58,395 nt of DNA, taken from the IMG/VR virus record IMGVR_UViG_3300045988_082887; one strand, given 5' to 3'. Positions 27,215-36,124 of the stretch are shown here, one piece after another. The notes beneath the pieces were generated by a model. That model did not search any database and was not told where the DNA came from. It saw nothing but the letters and a program-made list of their open reading frames with translations. Source of the DNA: a virus. Position numbers and translations under genes: made by a program. The stretch's first letter is position 1; every line of letters starts with the position of its first letter.

Positions 27215-27919
27215 TTACAGGCGATTGAACTCTGGTTCACTGTACTGTTGCTTCTCTTGCTTTCTGTCAATCCACATATCAGCAAAGGCCTTCCAGTTTG
27301 TTATAGGCTTTCCGGTTTTGGTCATCCAACCTGTTCCCTCATAGTAGTTCATGAACCTGCTGGCAAGCCTATTCTCACATCCGGCATCCAAAAAATACTC
27401 GCTCACATCCTCGAAGTCCGGCGTGCTGGCGTTCCCATCGGGCGGGTCGCCCGCTTTCTTAATAACTTTTTTTCTTTTCTTTTCTTCTATATTAAGGAGG
27501 TGAACGATTGTTCCCCTCACAGGTGAAGCATCGTTCCCCTCAGAGGTGAATGATTGTTCACCTCCCTTTTCGCTCTTTGACGATTCTTTCGGCACTTTGA
27601 CGTATATCTTATCGGGCTTGTTCTTTCCTTCACGCTTGCGCTCGATCAACCCGGCTTCTTCCAGCTCTTTCAGAGACTTCTTGACCCATCGTTCTGTGAA
27701 TCCAGTATCGGCAGCAAGGTCTTTGATGGGATACACGATGTATACTCGCCCTAGTTGGTCAGCAAACTTTCCGCTTCTGCTTGCCCTCTGTGACGACCTT
27801 GCACGATTGAACAGGTAAATGTAAACAATTTTCTCTGTTGGGCTAACGCCAATAGTCGAGAGGAATCGAGGGTAGACCATGTACCCATTGACCTTTGTAT
27901 CGGCTGTCATGTATTCCAT
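27215..27919 (-). CDS. Replication initiator, RepA_N-like winged-helix N-terminus with a DnaD-like C-terminus
   Basis: YPRFL...SPTEKIVYIYLFNRA...GRVYIVYPIKDLAADTGFTERWVKKSLKELEEAGLIERK matches the RepA_N pattern. The ATG at 27919 follows AGGAGG. Confidence 0.7.
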   Translation of the reverse strand: MEYMTADTKVNGYMVYPRFLSTIGVSPTEKIVYIYLFNRARSSQRASRSGKFADQLGRVYIVYPIKDLAADTGFTERWVKKSLKELEEAGLIERKREGKNKPDKIYVKVPKESSKSEKGGEQSFTSEGNDASPVRGTIVHLLNIEEKKRKKVIKKAGDPPDGNASTPDFEDVSEYFLDAGCENRLASRFMNYYEGTGWMTKTGKPITNWKAFADMWIDRKQEKQQYSEPEFNRL

Positions 27920-28116
27920 TTTTTCCTCCTGCAATAGTCGTAGACCTCTACAATGCGCTCACAGCACCGTAAAGCCGTGCCAGCGCTGTTTTCTGTGTTC
28001 AGTCGATAGGTTTTGCCATCTGACGCTAAAAGCGTTTGTAGGGCTTCTGTGTGCGTATATGTAAAAGGCTGCCATTGCTGACAGCCCATACGCTCATATT
28101 CTGTATTTGCTTTCAA
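27907..28116 (-). CDS. Hypothetical protein (69 aa)
   Basis: ATGA overlap with the upstream lipoprotein gene. Confidence 0.45.
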   Translation of the reverse strand: MKANTEYERMGCQQWQPFTYTHTEALQTLLASDGKTYRLNTENSAGTALRCCERIVEVYDYCRRKKWNT

Positions 28117-28355
28117 TGCCGCAAGACCACGTTGGACGAATGAATCAAATAGGTCACGCCGTCAATCTTTACTTGCAGCTGGTCGCCCTCGTAATCGTCC
28201 CAACTATTCAGCTTGCCCTCAACAATCGTTCCATCAGGCATTTTCAGCTGTGCCCATGAGTAGCTATACGTCAGGTCTACCACCTGTTTGTTGCATCCAG
28301 TCATCAGCATAATGAGCGTAAGAGCGGACACACATACGGTCAAAATCTTTTTCAT
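28113..28355 (-). CDS. Small lipoprotein
   Basis: Lipobox LMTGC after a signal peptide. Confidence 0.7.
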   Translation of the reverse strand: MKKILTVCVSALTLIMLMTGCNKQVVDLTYSYSWAQLKMPDGTIVEGKLNSWDDYEGDQLQVKIDGVTYLIHSSNVVLRH

Positions 28356-28389
28356 AATCGTTTTCCTCCGTTTGTTGATTTTTATATTA

Positions 28390-29595
28390 TCAATCCATCC
28401 AAGTATACTCTTGGAACCGTTGAATCTGCTTGTTAAACGTGATGGGAAGGTCGCCTATCCCACCTTCCTTGTTCTTGCTCAGCCGAAACAGGTACTTGTC
28501 GGGGTTGTCGCCGGACAGAAGGATGATTGCATCTGCGTCCTGTTCAATCTGTCCGCTCTCTCGCAAGTCGGAGTTGGTAGGCGTTGCTCCGGGCTTGGAT
28601 GGGTTTCGATTGAGCTGTGCCAGTGCCACCACAACAATGCCTGTGGTCTGTGCCAGTTCGTGCAGGGCAATGGATATGGCTGTAATGGCGGCATATCTGT
28701 CCTTTGCGCCTGTTTCGTGGATGAGTTGAAGATAGTCTACGAAGATGACCTGAGCCTTTTTACGGAGAGCCTGCGCCTTCATCCACGCCACGTTCTTTCC
28801 GGCAGCGGAGCGGATATATAAGGGCATCTTCATGTTCTTTGCCTGTCCGTCAATCTCATTCAAGCTGACCGCCTTATTTTTCACCGTGTCCAGAGGGCAG
28901 TATATTTGATTAGCCATCAGACGTGCGCCCAGCTTGCGTTTGCTGGTTTCCAAGCTGAAATAGTACACAGTGTAGTCCTGCTTTGCCATGCTTGCTGCTA
29001 TTTGCAAGGACAGAGCTGTTTTGCCCGCAGACGGTCTGCCACCGATGATAATAAAATCACCCGGTGAGATGTGCAGCGCTTCATCCAGACGCTCTAGGCC
29101 TGTCTTTATATACACAGGCTTCTCGTCCATGTGAAGCAAATAGTCGTTCAGCACATCCTCGTATGTCCACGCATCTTCTTCCTCAGCTTTCAGGCTCATT
29201 GCTTCGCCCATCTGCTGGTAAATGTCTGATAGATCAGAATAGTCGGTAAGTTCGCTGGTCATCTGAAATGCCAGACCTTGCACACGAGTGAGTGCAGCTT
29301 GTTCTCTGATAAGCTGTGCCCAACGCTGCATCTGCTCCCTGTCAATTCGCACACACTCTGATTCACAGGTTTGTACACACGCCAAGAGCGTCTGCGCTAC
29401 GTCTTGATGCTGCGTGTTTATCTCGACTATATCTATCTTACCCCTAGCCGTCCAATAGCCCTGAACAGCCGCAAAAGCGTCTCTCAGCTCAGGCCTGAAT
29501 AAGTCAAGTTCAAGGTCTGGTATGATTTCATCCACAACGCCCGGCTTGCAGAGCATCAGCGCACCGATAAATACCGTTTGAACGTCCATTGTCAT
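28390..29595 (-). CDS. dnaB: Replicative DNA helicase, DnaB family
   Basis: Walker A motif GGRPSAGKTALSLQIA, the IFVDYLQLI motif and an N-terminal DnaB domain. Confidence 0.9.
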   Translation of the reverse strand: MTMDVQTVFIGALMLCKPGVVDEIIPDLELDLFRPELRDAFAAVQGYWTARGKIDIVEINTQHQDVAQTLLACVQTCESECVRIDREQMQRWAQLIREQAALTRVQGLAFQMTSELTDYSDLSDIYQQMGEAMSLKAEEEDAWTYEDVLNDYLLHMDEKPVYIKTGLERLDEALHISPGDFIIIGGRPSAGKTALSLQIAASMAKQDYTVYYFSLETSKRKLGARLMANQIYCPLDTVKNKAVSLNEIDGQAKNMKMPLYIRSAAGKNVAWMKAQALRKKAQVIFVDYLQLIHETGAKDRYAAITAISIALHELAQTTGIVVVALAQLNRNPSKPGATPTNSDLRESGQIEQDADAIILLSGDNPDKYLFRLSKNKEGGIGDLPITFNKQIQRFQEYTWMD

Positions 29596-30230
29596 AGTCT
29601 AGGAAACTCCATCTCCGTACTTTGCTCGTACTGGTCATCCTGTTTCAGTGCGTAAATGTCCTGCCATCCGGCATAGATGCTCTGGTCGAGAATGGCTTTC
29701 CAGTCATGCCGGTCAAACTTTTCCAGCTTGTTGCAGAGCATCTGTTTTGCCCGGTCTGTCATAGGCTTTTTGATTCTTGTACGCATCTGTGCGAACTCTC
29801 GCAGGGATTCCAGCAAGGCTTTATCGCCATGAGCAAAGTCGGAGAAGATGTCAGGTTTCTTTTTGACCGCACTTTCCGGCAGGGTATTGACGTTCATCTG
29901 ACTGTCAGTTGATACAATGGGCTCATTGTCATCTGACTTTGAACTCATAGATGAGCTGACTTTCATCTCATTTATGACATGAGGATGAGATGACTTTCGT
30001 GTAGACAACCCTTTTGACGCAATATCGCTTCTTTTTGATTCTTCATCGAGCAGATGCTTAATCAAAATGAAACAAGATTCTGCTTTTTTTGAGTTCAAAG
30101 TTGCGTCTTTTTCTTCAAAAACGTATGCACAGATTGCGTCGTAGAGTTCCAACTTCTCTTTACTTTTGAGTGTGGAGATGGCTTCAAAGTAGTATCGTTG
30201 GAATGTAAAGCTGTCTCGTTTTTTGTCCAT
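29592..30230 (-). CDS. Replisome organizer / DnaD-like helicase-loading protein
   Basis: N-terminal FTFQRYYFEAI...LYDAICAYVF and C-terminal KKPMTDRAKQML...GWQDIY. ATGA coupling to dnaB. Confidence 0.6.
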   Translation of the reverse strand: MDKKRDSFTFQRYYFEAISTLKSKEKLELYDAICAYVFEEKDATLNSKKAESCFILIKHLLDEESKRSDIASKGLSTRKSSHPHVINEMKVSSSMSSKSDDNEPIVSTDSQMNVNTLPESAVKKKPDIFSDFAHGDKALLESLREFAQMRTRIKKPMTDRAKQMLCNKLEKFDRHDWKAILDQSIYAGWQDIYALKQDDQYEQSTEMEFPRL

Positions 30231-30232
30231 GC

Positions 30233-30463
30233 TCAATCCTCTTTGTAGCGTTTGTTCCATGCTTCGATAAGGTCTTTCCTAATCTTTTCTTTATCAACTT
30301 TGGAACAATCAGAGTTGTATAGCTTGCTTTCCATGAATACCCGGCACTTGCATCCATTCTTGCCGACTCCTCTTGTTATAGACATCCAGCTTGTCAAATA
30401 GTCGCCTGCTTCGGCAATGGCAACTTTTCCACCGCAGAATGGGCATCTTTTAAGTTCTTCCAT
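30233..30463 (-). CDS. Lar-family restriction alleviation protein
   Basis: LKRCPFCGG at the N-terminus and IEAWNKR at the C-terminus match the Lar family pattern. Confidence 0.6.
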   Translation of the reverse strand: MEELKRCPFCGGKVAIAEAGDYLTSWMSITRGVGKNGCKCRVFMESKLYNSDCSKVDKEKIRKDLIEAWNKRYKED

Positions 30464-30475
30464 CTTTAATTCTCC

Positions 30476-30757
30476 TTAAAACAGGCACTCAGCGTCAGAT
30501 TCACGTAGCCAGCCTTCGCCCGGAATGTTGACTATCTCATAATACTGCCGTGCAACGTAGATTGTTTTCTGCCCATCCTCAGCGATCAGACCGACAATCA
30601 GATAGTTGCCAGCAGCCATAAAGAACCAAGGGTTGCTCTTGTAGGTCTCACCCTTCATCCAGTTCTTCATCCTGTTTACGGCTTTTTCAATGTCATTGTC
30701 GGGACAGTCCGGGTTGTCGTATGCAAAGAAATCCTCAGGAAATTTAAGTTTTTTCAT
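30476..30757 (-). CDS. Hypothetical protein (93 aa)
   Basis: ORF within the operon. Confidence 0.5.
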   Translation of the reverse strand: MKKLKFPEDFFAYDNPDCPDNDIEKAVNRMKNWMKGETYKSNPWFFMAAGNYLIVGLIAEDGQKTIYVARQYYEIVNIPGEGWLRESDAECLF

Positions 30758-30767
30758 GTTCTTAACC

Positions 30768-31001
30768 TCACACCATCGGAAACGACATCCAATGCGTTAC
30801 AATCACATCTTTCGGCAGTCTCTCGCCTATCTCATCCCAGAACTGACCGTCTGCGTAACAGCCAAGAAAATACGCTGTCGGCGAGATTCCTTGCAACATT
30901 TTTCCATCTTCATCACGCCACGTTGTCTTAGTCGCAAGCAACAAAGGCTGCGTCCGCTCTCGTGGCTGTTCGCTTGCCGGATGCCAGAGGGTGTTAGCCA
31001 T
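30768..31001 (-). CDS. DUF551-like protein
   Basis: C-terminal VTHWMSFP. The ATG at 31001 follows AGGAGA. Confidence 0.55.
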   Translation of the reverse strand: MANTLWHPASEQPRERTQPLLLATKTTWRDEDGKMLQGISPTAYFLGCYADGQFWDEIGERLPKDVIVTHWMSFPMV

Positions 31002-31476
31002 CGCTCTTTCTCCTTTCAATCTCATTGCAAACCGCCTTGTAGAACGTATCCCACATCTCATAGTCGCATCCCATGCCAAAGTCAAAATCAATCTTCTTGC
31101 GTCCTGCAATGTCACGTTCAAAGCAATCAAGGGTCTTGTCGGTCAGCTCTGGCAGAAGCGGTGTGATGTATCCGCATACAAAGCTTGGCATATATGAACG
31201 TCTGCCCAAGCAATAGCGCACAGCGCAGTTGCAAACCGCTCCAAAGTTATCATTAGTGGGGTCTACCATGCCTTTAGGTGCGTCTGACTTCAAATCGTTC
31301 ACGCTGCATTGAAGGGCTTCTGCGAATTTTTCCAGCCGCGTTTCTTTCTTCACGCTACGCTTCTGCTTTTCAACGGCACTTACATACGCATTGGTTGTTC
31401 CAATTATCCTTGCAACATCTTTCTGCGTGATGCCAAGTTCAAGCCTACGCTTCCTGATTTTCTCTCCCGTTGTCAT
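30994..31476 (-). CDS. XRE-family HTH protein with a C-terminal domain of unknown function
   Basis: GEKIRKRRLELGITQKDVARIIGTTNAYVSAVE. Confidence 0.65.
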   Translation of the reverse strand: MTTGEKIRKRRLELGITQKDVARIIGTTNAYVSAVEKQKRSVKKETRLEKFAEALQCSVNDLKSDAPKGMVDPTNDNFGAVCNCAVRYCLGRRSYMPSFVCGYITPLLPELTDKTLDCFERDIAGRKKIDFDFGMGCDYEMWDTFYKAVCNEIERRKSDG

Positions 31477-31669
31477 ACTCTTCCGTTTCCTTTCTGATTT
31501 GCTGGCGTTCAATTTGCTTCAATCTCGCCTTTGCCAGTTTGCGGTTGTCAGCCTTACGAATAGCCCAGTTATTGCGGTGGTTTGCCCACGCTGCAAAATA
31601 ATGGCTAAACTCGCTTTGGTCGTACCATCCCTTGCCAATAAGCCCTTTATAGGTCTGCTGACGTTTCAT
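31445..31669 (-). CDS. Hypothetical basic protein
   Basis: The ATG at 31669 follows GGAGAAG. Confidence 0.45.
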   Translation of the reverse strand: MKRQQTYKGLIGKGWYDQSEFSHYFAAWANHRNNWAIRKADNRKLAKARLKQIERQQIRKETEEYDNGRENQEA

Positions 31670-31898
31670 CTTTCTTCTCCCATTCCTTGCAGCCACGTTC
31701 ATCCCACACGAAGTCTGCAACGTGTTCTGACTGGTCGTTCACGCACACGCCCTTCGGCTCTGCGTACCATTTGCAAGAGCCACAGGACGGCTCGGATTTG
31801 TTCTTGCAGGATTCTGCCGTGCATCGGATAGCCTTACCAGCGGAGAACTGTTTGATGCCAATGCAAGAGCAGTGTTCGGTGGTGCAGTAGAAGTTCAT
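31647..31898 (-). CDS. Cys-rich hypothetical protein
   Basis: ATGA overlap at 31895..31898; multiple CxxC motifs. Confidence 0.5.
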   Translation of the reverse strand: MNFYCTTEHCSCIGIKQFSAGKAIRCTAESCKNKSEPSCGSCKWYAEPKGVCVNDQSEHVADFVWDERGCKEWEKKDETSADL

Positions 31899-32128
31899 TC
31901 TTCTGTCTCCTTCCATCCGATAAACTCGCATAAACCAACAGTGTTGTTGGCGCAACGATGAATGAGGACTTTATCGCTTATTTTGAATTTTGCGATAAAG
32001 CCAATTTTGCTTTCTTCCATTTCGTTTTCAAACATCCAATCAACAATGTCTTTGTCGATTCTGACATCGCTTTCGTCCGCCATGGTCGCAAAGCACTGTT
32101 TGCAGCTGTAAAGAGCGCACTTTTTCAT
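31895..32128 (-). CDS. Hypothetical protein (77 aa)
   Basis: ORF within the operon. Confidence 0.5.
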   Translation of the reverse strand: MKKCALYSCKQCFATMADESDVRIDKDIVDWMFENEMEESKIGFIAKFKISDKVLIHRCANNTVGLCEFIGWKETEE

Positions 32129-32337
32129 TATATCTGCCCTCTATTTCTCCTTCTGTTGGCATTGAACCGCCCAATCACTCGCTTATACTCCTCATAGCAC
32201 TCCGGGCACAGGTCGCCTGTGTCCCTGCGCCACGCCCAGTCCTTGAAGTATTCGTCAGGGTTCATCATTCTGCCGCCCAGAACTGTTCCGCAGCGGTCGC
32301 ACACTCGCTTGTGGTAGATTCCTCTGTCAGTTTGCAT
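32128..32337 (-). CDS. Zinc-finger-like hypothetical protein
   Basis: CDRCG ... CPEC. The likely start is the ATG at 32337. Confidence 0.45.
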   Translation of the reverse strand: MQTDRGIYHKRVCDRCGTVLGGRMMNPDEYFKDWAWRRDTGDLCPECYEEYKRVIGRFNANRRRNRGQI

Positions 32338-32527
32338 TAGATTCGCCTGCTTTCTTTTTAGATGCGCGTTTTTTATTTGGGCTTTCAATCTGTTGTGGGA
32401 TAGAATCAATCAGATTCTTGAACTTCTGCATAGTTTGATATTCAATCAAACTAAGCATAAACTGCGCTAGTTCTAATGGCGTTCCAACCTGTTCCGAACG
32501 ACCGTCAGGATATGTAATGATTTTCAT
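32327..32527 (-). CDS. Hypothetical protein (66 aa)
   Basis: ORF with an RBS. Confidence 0.45.
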   Translation of the reverse strand: MKIITYPDGRSEQVGTPLELAQFMLSLIEYQTMQKFKNLIDSIPQQIESPNKKRASKKKAGESNAN

Positions 32528-32608
32528 TGTTCGTTCTCCCTAACATCCTTAAACAGAATTTCTTTGTCAGCTTTCCAGTCTTTGATTTTGCACGGAATAT
32601 GTTACCCA

Positions 32609-33472
32609 TCAATCAGCTTTTGTTACGACTGTATCTGCGCCATTGACAGTAACCCATCCATGCTTCAGTCTGGCTTCAGCTTCTTTCATCTGAATAAGTT
32701 CGGGAGTGATGGATTCAGACACGATACGATTCGATTCTGCTTCTGCCTGTGCTTCGATCACTTTCACATCGGCTTCCGTCTGAGCCTTCACCTTGTCGGT
32801 CTCAGCCTGTGCAAGAGCGGTCTGCTTGTTCAGTTCAGCGATTTCAGCATCCTGCTTTGCTTGTTCTTTCGCTCTAATCTTTTCGGTCAAAGTGTCATCC
32901 AGTTCTACGTCAATCACGAGGGCACTTGAAACGTTGATTCCGTATTCATTGGTAAGCTTTTCGTTCAAATAATTTGTGATTGCGTTGTTTACTTCCGTTT
33001 TCTTTTCAGAATAAATATCCATTACAGAAAACTGGGGTGTTACCTCCTTGACGTAGGCGATAATGCTGTTCTGGATGCGGCTTTCCACAAGCGTTTCGCC
33101 ATCCATTCCGTTAAAGCGGCTGTAAAGTTCAACAACACGGTCTGGAATGAAGTTATAATTTACGGTAAGGTTTACTCCAACCATTCCACCGCTTGCAGGA
33201 GCATCAATATGCCAATCTGCGTGTTCCTTTGCGTTATAATCTGCTGGGTCGTCTGAAAAAATAAGCTGCTGCTGGCTGATAGGAAACTTGCTAACGTGTT
33301 TCATCGGCGAGAGGAAGTGCCAGCCCTGCGACAAGGTGTTCTGCTCAACGCCCCGTGCCGAATAAACAACTCCAACATAACCAACAGGCACTCTCTCCAA
33401 ACACAGCAAAAGAACCACTGCAACAAAAAATGCTGCTACCACAGAAGAAATAATAGTTGCTACCTTTTTCAT
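32609..33472 (-). CDS. SPFH/Band-7 (prohibitin/HflC-like) membrane protein
   Basis: N-terminal TM segment, GYVGVVYS...QGWHF SPFH core and a coiled-coil C-terminus. Confidence 0.7.
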   Translation of the reverse strand: MKKVATIISSVVAAFFVAVVLLLCLERVPVGYVGVVYSARGVEQNTLSQGWHFLSPMKHVSKFPISQQQLIFSDDPADYNAKEHADWHIDAPASGGMVGVNLTVNYNFIPDRVVELYSRFNGMDGETLVESRIQNSIIAYVKEVTPQFSVMDIYSEKKTEVNNAITNYLNEKLTNEYGINVSSALVIDVELDDTLTEKIRAKEQAKQDAEIAELNKQTALAQAETDKVKAQTEADVKVIEAQAEAESNRIVSESITPELIQMKEAEARLKHGWVTVNGADTVVTKAD

Positions 33473-33552
33473 GTTTTACTCCTTATCGTTAAAATTGTTG
33501 ATAATCAAAAAAGCTACCGCCCAAGATAATAAGAAGAAAGTTATGAGTTCTT

Positions 33553-34305
33553 TCATTCTTCCGCTACCTCTCTGTACTCCACATCAATCCCCTTCGGCAA
33601 AGCCGTCTGGTACTTCTGGGCGAGCTGTTCTGCGCTCTGGGCATCGCCCAACGGCTGTTCAGGCGGCGCAACGGTGACTTCCACGTTGTCACGCATACCG
33701 AAGTAGTTCTTGGCTCGGAAAATCCACTCTGCCGGGTTCTCTTGACCATACATACCGTTGTATGCCCACATGGACTGCATTTGCAGAATTAGCTTCAAGA
33801 TGTACTTCTGCTGCAAGCTGTCGTCACGGCGTTTGCCTGTCATAATCTGTCTCAGGCTAGGCCATTCGATGCCCAGCACCAATGCAATCCATTCCACCAC
33901 AGGGGAGATTCTGGCTTCGATGCAAGCGTCAAAAAAGAAATCAAGGCGTTGCTGCACTTCAATCGGGTTGTTCATGTCCACGCTCGGAAGGTCTCCAAAA
34001 TACTTGGCTGCGATCATGCCGATGACCTTCTTGTCCTCTTCATCACCAATTCTCGACTGCAAATCACCTGTATTCAGCATCTTAGACCTCGTGATTGCTA
34101 ACTCCTGCTGTTCTTTCACCTTTTTACTCACCTGCGAGCGGATAGATTTCCGCTTGTTAAGCATCTGTTGTTTCTTCTTCTCTCGCTCTTTCTCACGCTT
34201 CGCAGCGGCTTCTTCTTTCGCCTTTTGCGCTCGCTTCTCACGCTTTTTCTTTTCAGCTTCGGTCAGCGGCGGTCTGCCACGACCACGCTTTGGGGGTGTT
34301 GCCAT
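33553..34305 (-). CDS. terS: Terminase small subunit (gp3-packaging-like)
   Basis: Basic N-terminus RGRGRPP; central YFGD...FFFDACIEARISPVVEWIALVLGI; C-terminal AEWIFRAKNYFGMRD, as in TerS families. Confidence 0.6.
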   Translation of the reverse strand: MATPPKRGRGRPPLTEAEKKKREKRAQKAKEEAAAKREKEREKKKQQMLNKRKSIRSQVSKKVKEQQELAITRSKMLNTGDLQSRIGDEEDKKVIGMIAAKYFGDLPSVDMNNPIEVQQRLDFFFDACIEARISPVVEWIALVLGIEWPSLRQIMTGKRRDDSLQQKYILKLILQMQSMWAYNGMYGQENPAEWIFRAKNYFGMRDNVEVTVAPPEQPLGDAQSAEQLAQKYQTALPKGIDVEYREVAEE

Positions 34306-34308
34306 GTG

Positions 34309-34518
34309 TCAGACCTCCTTCGGTGGCTTTGGGAGTGGCATCCAATGTGTAACATCTTTGAATGGGATGCACTCTCTTGCTTCACACCAACCACCGTTTG
34401 CATCATAATAGGCTACCCAGTCACCAGCTTTTTTGTCGTGAACCAAAACATAATCGCTGGCAAAATCGTTTTTCGGAATATCAGGAAGTCTATCTTTAAC
34501 ACTAATCCATTCGTTCAC
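34309..34518 (-). CDS. DUF551 protein
   Basis: EWISVKDRLP ... VTHWMPLPKPP. Confidence 0.7.
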   Translation of the reverse strand: MNEWISVKDRLPDIPKNDFASDYVLVHDKKAGDWVAYYDANGGWCEARECIPFKDVTHWMPLPKPPKEV

Positions 34519-34664
34519 GTTCTCACCGCTTCATCTTCGTTTCGATTTTATCTAGCTCGGTTGCAATCCACCAGATGGAGCAGCAGCCTGTGCCAGTTCG
34601 GACGCTTCTTCTGCCAACTGCGCCAAAATTTCCGTCTTGGGCAGAATGTCTGAAACTTTCTTAC

Positions 34665-34889
34665 TCACTTCTGTTCTCCTTTCAGCCAGTCGTTGAGCGC
34701 AGCCATGCAAGAGGGGCAAAGGACAACGGTTTCATCTCTTATCGAGTAAATCCCTTTATCATCTCCAGCAAGGCACTTTACAATAGAATTGCTTTCAAAT
34801 TGGTCAAGTTCGTCATCAAACGGTGTCATGTATTTCACATCGTTGGAAAGCGGAAACGCTTCACCGCACCTATCGCATACCATTGTCAT
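34665..34889 (-). CDS. Zinc-ribbon hypothetical protein
   Basis: CDRCG ... CPSC. Confidence 0.5.
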   Translation of the reverse strand: MTMVCDRCGEAFPLSNDVKYMTPFDDELDQFESNSIVKCLAGDDKGIYSIRDETVVLCPSCMAALNDWLKGEQK

Positions 34890-34891
34890 TT

Positions 34892-35128
34892 TCACCACAA
34901 CTCCCAACTAGCCTTGAGCTCTTTTCCGATTTCAACAGAAAGTTTCTTGATGATGATTCTTGCGTGTTCATACTGAGCTTTTACGCCGTATGAATAATCT
35001 GTGACAACCTTCTTCGGGCTTTCATTGCTTCTCATTTTCTTTCTAAGGTTTTCTTCGTTCTCCATAAGGAGTTCACTTTGGTACAGCCCCAGAAGCCTTA
35101 CCAATTCTTGTTTTTCAGACAGTTGCAT
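34892..35128 (-). CDS. Hypothetical protein (78 aa)
   Basis: ORF within the operon. Confidence 0.5.
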   Translation of the reverse strand: MQLSEKQELVRLLGLYQSELLMENEENLRKKMRSNESPKKVVTDYSYGVKAQYEHARIIIKKLSVEIGKELKASWELW

Positions 35129-35645
35129 TTTCTTTCTCCAATCTCTTTAACAGCCCATCCACGTCATACCGCCAATGGACACGCAGCCTTTTTGCTTTGA
35201 CCTCTATCCCCTCTTGCTCTGCCCACTTCCATGGGATGCTCTTGCGGCTTTCGTTGTATCGGAACGCCAGAACCTTGCTGGCAGGGATTGCAAAGGTGCG
35301 GTTGACCGACCGGTAATTGACTATCACATGAGCGGTCTGACCGCTGTACCCCATTGCATCCACCATGTCCGTGATGTGCTTTTCCTTGCGGTATTTGCAC
35401 TTTGCCTTGTCGTACTTGCCGAACACCTTTTCCAGAGGGATAGAGGGCGTTTCAATGGTTTTTAGCTCGAACAGGTGGTTCATCGGGTAACGGTACACAA
35501 GGAAGTCGCAGATGTTGTCGATGGAGAAGGACAAGTTCTCGTTTCCGCCGTAGTAGGTGGCAGCACTGTCCTTCAGACGGTAGCACCACACATCCTTTGG
35601 TACGGATGCTTTGAAATCTGCTTCAAACTGCTTGCCGGTGTTCAT
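35115..35645 (-). CDS. recU: RecU-like Holliday junction resolvase
   Basis: GKQFEADF N-terminus and the DFLVYRY...LFELKT catalytic-type motif. Confidence 0.6.
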   Translation of the reverse strand: MNTGKQFEADFKASVPKDVWCYRLKDSAATYYGGNENLSFSIDNICDFLVYRYPMNHLFELKTIETPSIPLEKVFGKYDKAKCKYRKEKHITDMVDAMGYSGQTAHVIVNYRSVNRTFAIPASKVLAFRYNESRKSIPWKWAEQEGIEVKAKRLRVHWRYDVDGLLKRLEKENATV

Positions 35646-35830
35646 GCGTTGTCCTCGATTTTTTTTGCTTCTCTGATACGTAGCCGAGCAAGTTCGCTAT
35701 TTGCATATTGCAGTTGCCAGCTACCAAACCAGCCTTTGTGAACAAGTTTTCCGGCGCAGTAAACAAACTCCTGCTTCATCAAGTCATCAAGCGAAATGAT
35801 GTAACCGCCCGGCTTATACTTTCTTTTCAC
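35642..35830 (-). CDS. Hypothetical protein (62 aa)
   Basis: Overlapping stop and start codons. Confidence 0.45.
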   Translation of the reverse strand: MKRKYKPGGYIISLDDLMKQEFVYCAGKLVHKGWFGSWQLQYANSELARLRIREAKKIEDNA

Positions 35831-35848
35831 CCTTGTTCACCTCTAAAT

Positions 35849-36124
35849 TCATGGAATATGAGTTGCCCTGTCAGCAGGCTTTTCCATTTCCTTCATAATC
35901 CGCTTGTGTTCTTCAGTAGTCATGTTGTTCGGAAAGAAACACCTGTCAACCATTTCAAACGGCTTAATATAATGGTCAAGAACATCTCGTGCTTCTTTTC
36001 GTGCCTTTTCAGCACACATCTCGATATATTCTTCTTCGGTCATGTTGTAATCGGTGACACAATCGACCACCGAAGAAAACCGACACAGCAAACCGTTAGG
36101 CTGTCTTGCAATAAAAGCTCCCAT
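35849..36124 (-). CDS. Hypothetical protein (91 aa)
   Basis: ORF within the operon. Confidence 0.5.
   Translation of the reverse strand: MGAFIARQPNGLLCRFSSVVDCVTDYNMTEEEYIEMCAEKARKEARDVLDHYIKPFEMVDRCFFPNNMTTEEHKRIMKEMEKPADRATHIP

Noticed and set aside
34519-34664. Short minus-strand ORF (MSKKVSDILPKTEILAQLAEEASELAQAA...)
   Set aside because: It resembles only the first helix of MazG-like proteins and terminates after about 38 codons in every frame. It may be a gene remnant, but the evidence is too weak to annotate.
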